A DNA stretch of 39,701 bases, taken from Thermodesulfobacteriota bacterium. GTDB taxonomy: Bacteria > Desulfobacterota > Binatia > UBA12015. How positions within the stretch are numbered: the stretch's first letter is position 1; every line of letters begins with the position of its first letter. The translations under genes and the position numbers were made by a program. Below, piece after piece: positions 35,351 through 39,701 of the stretch. The notes below the pieces were generated by a model. That model was not told where the DNA came from. It ran no database searches and saw nothing but the letters and a program-made list of their open reading frames with translations. The stretch covers positions 1-39,701 of the forward strand of contig JBFMAS010000612.1 in the NCBI GenBank assembly GCA_040755575.1, in the 5' to 3' direction.

Positions 35351-36238
35351 GTGGCATCACTTCCGCAGGATCTCGTTTCGCTGCGCGCCGTCGGCGGCGC
35401 CGTGCAAGCGGCCTTCGGCGTCGCGACCGGAGCTCTCGGAGCGCTGTTCGCCGCGGGCGGCAGCTTGATCGGCGTCGCGACGCGGCTCCTCGAGCTGGCC
35501 GGCGTCATCTCGCCGACGCCTGCTGCCGACGACGTCGAGGAGCCGCCGTCCCTGCGCGCGCTGGCCGGCGGCGTGGCGGTACGGTCGCGCCGTGGGGACG
35601 GGGAAGACGTCGAGGCGAGCACGCCCAGGCGGCGAGGCCGCGGTGCGGCGCTCGACGACGCCTCGCTGCCCGAGCGCTACGACGAGGACCGCGTCGTCGT
35701 CCTGCCACGCGATCCGAGCACAGTCTACGTGTACTGGAACCTGAGCGAGGCGAGCAGGCGGCGTCGCGAGGCCGCGATCGCGGCGGCTGGCACCGGCCCG
35801 CTGCGCGACGCGCTGCAGATCGAGCTGACCACCGAGACCGATGCCGAGCACGCCGCCGCCGGCCACGCCGGCACCGCGGCATGGACGGTGCCGCTCGCGC
35901 CGCTCGCCGAGAGCGCTTACGTCGACCTGCAGCGGCGGTGCCGCGCCGTCCGGGCCGTGCTCGGCGTCCTCGGGCCGGCGGGAGATTTCCTGGCCCTCGT
36001 CGCGTCTGGGCGGACGACCGTGCCGCCCGCGCGGCCCGCCGCGGAGAAGGCACCGACCTGGCGGCAGCTCGCGCCGCCCGGCCAGCATGCCGCCGAGCCG
36101 CCCACCCTGCCCTCGCGCGACGCGCGCGAGGCGCTGCTCCGACGTGCCCAGGAGAGCCAGATGACGACCTCGAGCACCGGTCGCCTCGGACACGCGCCCC
36201 GTGGGGCCACCGCCACGGCACCCGCACGCGGCGCTTGA
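35351..36238 (+). CDS. DUF4912-domain protein
   Basis: LPERYDEDRVVVLPRDPSTVYVYWNLSE is the characteristic DUF4912 opening. The gene lies 15 nt upstream of the GH57 gene, which is the usual partner. The N-terminal roughly 95 aa (Gly/Ala-rich hydrophobic, then charged) are coding-like by third-position G/C. The GTG 35351 start is uncertain. Confidence 0.75.
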   Translation: MASLPQDLVSLRAVGGAVQAAFGVATGALGALFAAGGSLIGVATRLLELAGVISPTPAADDVEEPPSLRALAGGVAVRSRRGDGEDVEASTPRRRGRGAALDDASLPERYDEDRVVVLPRDPSTVYVYWNLSEASRRRREAAIAAAGTGPLRDALQIELTTETDAEHAAAGHAGTAAWTVPLAPLAESAYVDLQRRCRAVRAVLGVLGPAGDFLALVASGRTTVPPARPAAEKAPTWRQLAPPGQHAAEPPTLPSRDAREALLRRAQESQMTTSSTGRLGHAPRGATATAPARGA

Positions 36239-36253
36239 GGCGGTCGCGCGTCG

Positions 36254-37870
<1,617 letters not shown>

Positions 37871-37877
37871 GCAAAAG

Positions 37878-37909
37878 AAGAGCCCCGGAGGTCACCCTCC
37901 GGGGCTCTT
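37878..37909. terminator. bidirectional Rho-independent terminator
   Basis: A perfect 14-bp stem AAGAGCCCCGGAGG / CCTCCGGGGCTCTT with a TCAC loop, flanked by AAAA on one side and T-rich sequence on the other. It sits between the convergent GH57 (stop 37870) and sigma (stop 37931) genes. Confidence 0.85.
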
Positions 37910-37930
37910 TCGTCACCCTGATGGCCCGAC

Positions 37931-39142
37931 TCAGGCCTCGAGGAAGGAGTCGAGCCCTGCCGACCCGCAAAGGTCGCGCAGACGCGTGAGCGCCTTTGCC
38001 TCGAGCTGGCGGATGCGCTCGCGGCTGACGCCGTAGCGCACGCCGATCTCCTCGAGGGTCTCGACCTGGTCGTCGTCGAGGCCGAAGCGCAGGCGGATGA
38101 TGGCCTGCTCGCGGTCCGGGAGCTCGGTGAGAACCGTCTCCAGATGACGCGACAGGTCGCCCGCCATGCTGCGGGCCTCCGGACGATCGCCCTGCTCGTC
38201 GGGGATGACCTCGGCGAGCGTGCGATCGTCGTCGTGCCCGAGCTCCATGTCGAGCGACAGCACGTGCGCCGGCTCGGCCATCATCTCGAGCTGGTTCTGG
38301 TCGATGCCACCAGCCTGGATGATCTCGTCCTTCGACGGCGCACGGTGCAGCTTGCTCTCGAGCGCCTGCGACAGACGTCCGACCTTGCGGCGCAGCTCGT
38401 GCCAGTGGACGGGCGTGCGCACGACCGAACGGTCGTTGTCGATCGACCGGGCGATGTACTGCCAGATCCACCAGACGGCGTAGGTCGAGAACTTGATGTC
38501 CTTGGCCGGGTCGAACTTCTCCACGGCCCGCAGCAGGCCGAGCGTCCCCTCCTGGATCAGATCGGGCAGCGGCAGGCCGCGCCGGGCGTGCTTGCGCGCG
38601 ATCGCCGCCACCAGGCGGAGGTTGGCCTTCAGCATGGCGTCGCGCGCGCCGCGGTACGCCTCGAGCCGCGCATCGAGCTCGCGGGCGAACTTGCTCACGC
38701 GCTCGCGGGTCAGGCGCATCTTGCGCAGCTTCGCCGGGCTGCGGGCAAGGCGGCGCGCACGGTCGACGACGAGCAGGATCTCGCGCTCGCGGAACTCCTC
38801 GGTCGGACGGATGACGCCGCGGCCGCGCTCGGTGAGCGTCACGTTGACGATGCGCGGGTTGCGCCGCAGCCAGCGGACGACGGAGTCGCGGGCACGGCTG
38901 ATCTCGGTCGTCAGCGCACGCTCGGCCTCGCGGTCGAGCAGCGGGGTCTTGGCCAGGTCGGCGTAGAAGCGGCCGAGGACGTCGAGATCCCCGACCAGGG
39001 GCTCCATGGACTTCGCCTCGGCCTCGACGTCACCGAGCTCCTGAGCAGAGGGCGTCGCCGTCGCCTGAGCTTGCTCGTCCTGCGTGGGATCGCTCCACTC
39101 GGCGGGCTCTGCATCTGCCTGATACATCGCTGCGCTTCGCAT
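37931..39142 (-). CDS. RNA polymerase sigma factor, sigma-70 family (RpoD-like, regions 1.2-4.2), divergent
   Basis: Region 1.2 is FYADLAKTPLLDREAE. Region 2 is NLRLVAAIARKH...DLIQEGTLGLLRAVEKFDP..DIKFSTYAVWWIWQYIARSI. Region 4.2 is TLEEIGVRYGVSRERIRQLEAKALTRLR. The start is ATG 39142 (GAGGAA 10 nt upstream) or ATG 39127. Third-position G/C drops upstream of 39142, so the TTG 39247 track start is unlikely. Confidence 0.9.
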   Translation of the reverse strand: MRSAAMYQADAEPAEWSDPTQDEQAQATATPSAQELGDVEAEAKSMEPLVGDLDVLGRFYADLAKTPLLDREAERALTTEISRARDSVVRWLRRNPRIVNVTLTERGRGVIRPTEEFREREILLVVDRARRLARSPAKLRKMRLTRERVSKFARELDARLEAYRGARDAMLKANLRLVAAIARKHARRGLPLPDLIQEGTLGLLRAVEKFDPAKDIKFSTYAVWWIWQYIARSIDNDRSVVRTPVHWHELRRKVGRLSQALESKLHRAPSKDEIIQAGGIDQNQLEMMAEPAHVLSLDMELGHDDDRTLAEVIPDEQGDRPEARSMAGDLSRHLETVLTELPDREQAIIRLRFGLDDDQVETLEEIGVRYGVSRERIRQLEAKALTRLRDLCGSAGLDSFLEA

Positions 39143-39357
39143 CTCTATTCTGTTCCTCGGTTCTACCTCGGCGCGTGCCGCTCGCGGCTCCACCGGGTCT
39201 ACTGTTCCCGCTGCCCTCGGTCGGACGAGGTCACCGGGAGACGACAATCACCAACCTTGTTCGGCGTGCAAAGAGGTCGGAAGCGTAATCGCCAACTGAC
39301 TCGACGAGAATGCGCCGCGTTGATTCAACCGCCTCTCCACCACCCCAAGGTCTCTAG

Positions 39358-39386
39358 ACAATAGCAGCGATGACTCAGCGTGTCAG
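39358..39386 (-). promoter_or_regulatory. putative sigma-70-type promoter for the sigma gene
   Basis: On the minus strand: CTGACA (39386-39381), 17 nt, TATTGT (39363-39358). An A/T-rich UP-element-like tract lies directly upstream (GAAAAAAAACTGGCAAATTTGATTATCAG, 39387-39418). This would give a leader of about 200 nt. Confidence 0.4.
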
Positions 39387-39429
39387 TAGCTGATAATCAA
39401 ATTTGCCAGTTTTTTTTCGCCAACGAAAG

Positions 39430-39445
39430 ACGTGCTTCTGCACGT
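39430..39445 (-). terminator. weak terminator-like hairpin upstream of the sigma promoter
   Basis: On the minus strand: ACGTGC AGAA GCACGT followed by CTTTCGTT. The stem is only 6 bp. Confidence 0.25.
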
Positions 39446-39701
39446 ATCCTTACGGCGCTTCGCCACCCGGCCCCGCCGAGCGTCCGGGATGCGATGAAAG
39501 TGCAGCATTTTCGCAAGATTTCAAGGGGCCGTTGCAACTACGTCGTCGACTTTCTCGTGTTCCCGGGCAAGCCGCTGGCATGGTCGTTGCTGCCCATTCC
39601 CCGCCGGCCGATCCTGAACGCCGGCCGCTTTCTCGTTCCAGCTCTGTCGCCGAAACGGCGGGCCCCGTCCCCCCCGCCAAGCCCCTCACCTCCTCCGGCG
39701 A

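Noticed and set aside
39311-39343. tRNA-like 3' tail on the plus strand (GCGTTGATTCAACCGCCTCTCCACCA).
   Set aside because: The segments flanking the TTGATTC loop (CCGCG / AACCG) do not base-pair as a T-stem. No acceptor stem partner or anticodon arm could be built.
39446-39701. Possible tmRNA, RNase P RNA or SRP RNA on the minus strand (the GGGGCTTGGCGGGGGGGACGGGG start resembles a tmRNA 5' end).
   Set aside because: It has no T-arm (GGTTCGAxTCC) or CCA-proximal acceptor, and no plausible tag ORF ending in hydrophobic Ala-Ala. The RNase P GAGGAAAGTCCGG and SRP GGAAGCAGCC motifs are absent. It is kept only as an unassigned region in the findings.

Overview
This is a very GC-rich bacterial chromosomal segment. 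By eye it is about 70 % G+C, and third codon positions of real genes are about 90 % G/C. It is densely packed with about 42 protein-coding genes and almost no spacer. All homology calls come from motifs read in the supplied translations; no searches were run. Many long track ORFs are antisense or out-of-frame artefacts of the high GC content. Several real genes are hidden inside longer track ORFs, so their starts were re-derived from the nucleotide sequence.

Content is mostly housekeeping, in these transcription units:
- rluD-like gene (+).
- Small zinc-ribbon protein (-).
- ThiS/TtuB-like carrier, TtuA-type tRNA thiolase, TrmI, then lon (+).
- erpA-like gene and HAD phosphatase (-).
- DegP/HtrA and a 190-aa unknown (+).
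- A seven-gene minus-strand array: UDG family 4, NfeD, SPFH/stomatin, queA, tgt, yajC, secD. It is followed on the same strand by a small Xis/BldC-like HTH gene and a SAM methyltransferase.
- Zinc-phospholipase-C-like exported protein (+).
- mrp/apbC, a UPF0104 membrane protein, coaBC (-).
- Polyprenyl synthase, moaA, a 217-aa unknown, TrxR-like ferredoxin-NADP reductase, bolA-like gene, grxD (+).
- coaE (-).
- An 87-aa unknown and two family-III CoA-transferases (+).
- usp and a penicillin/AHL-acylase homologue (-).
- A 91-aa unknown, a SpoIIIAA/Ycf45-like ATPase, DUF4912, a GH57 branching enzyme (+).
- A divergent sigma-70 gene (-) with an AT-richer upstream region.

I saw no rRNA, tRNA, CRISPR array, transposase, integrase or recognisable defence system. 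I cannot point to a clear-cut novel multi-gene system. The best leads are:
1. The translationally coupled TtuB-like/TtuA/TrmI operon.
2. The small protein plus tandem CoA-transferase pair, in which one paralogue appears to lack the catalytic Asp.
3. The small protein / SpoIIIAA-like ATPase / DUF4912 / GH57 cluster.
4. A signal-peptide-less acylase with an Arg/Gly-rich N-terminal extension.
5. The unassigned roughly 450-nt region upstream of the sigma gene.
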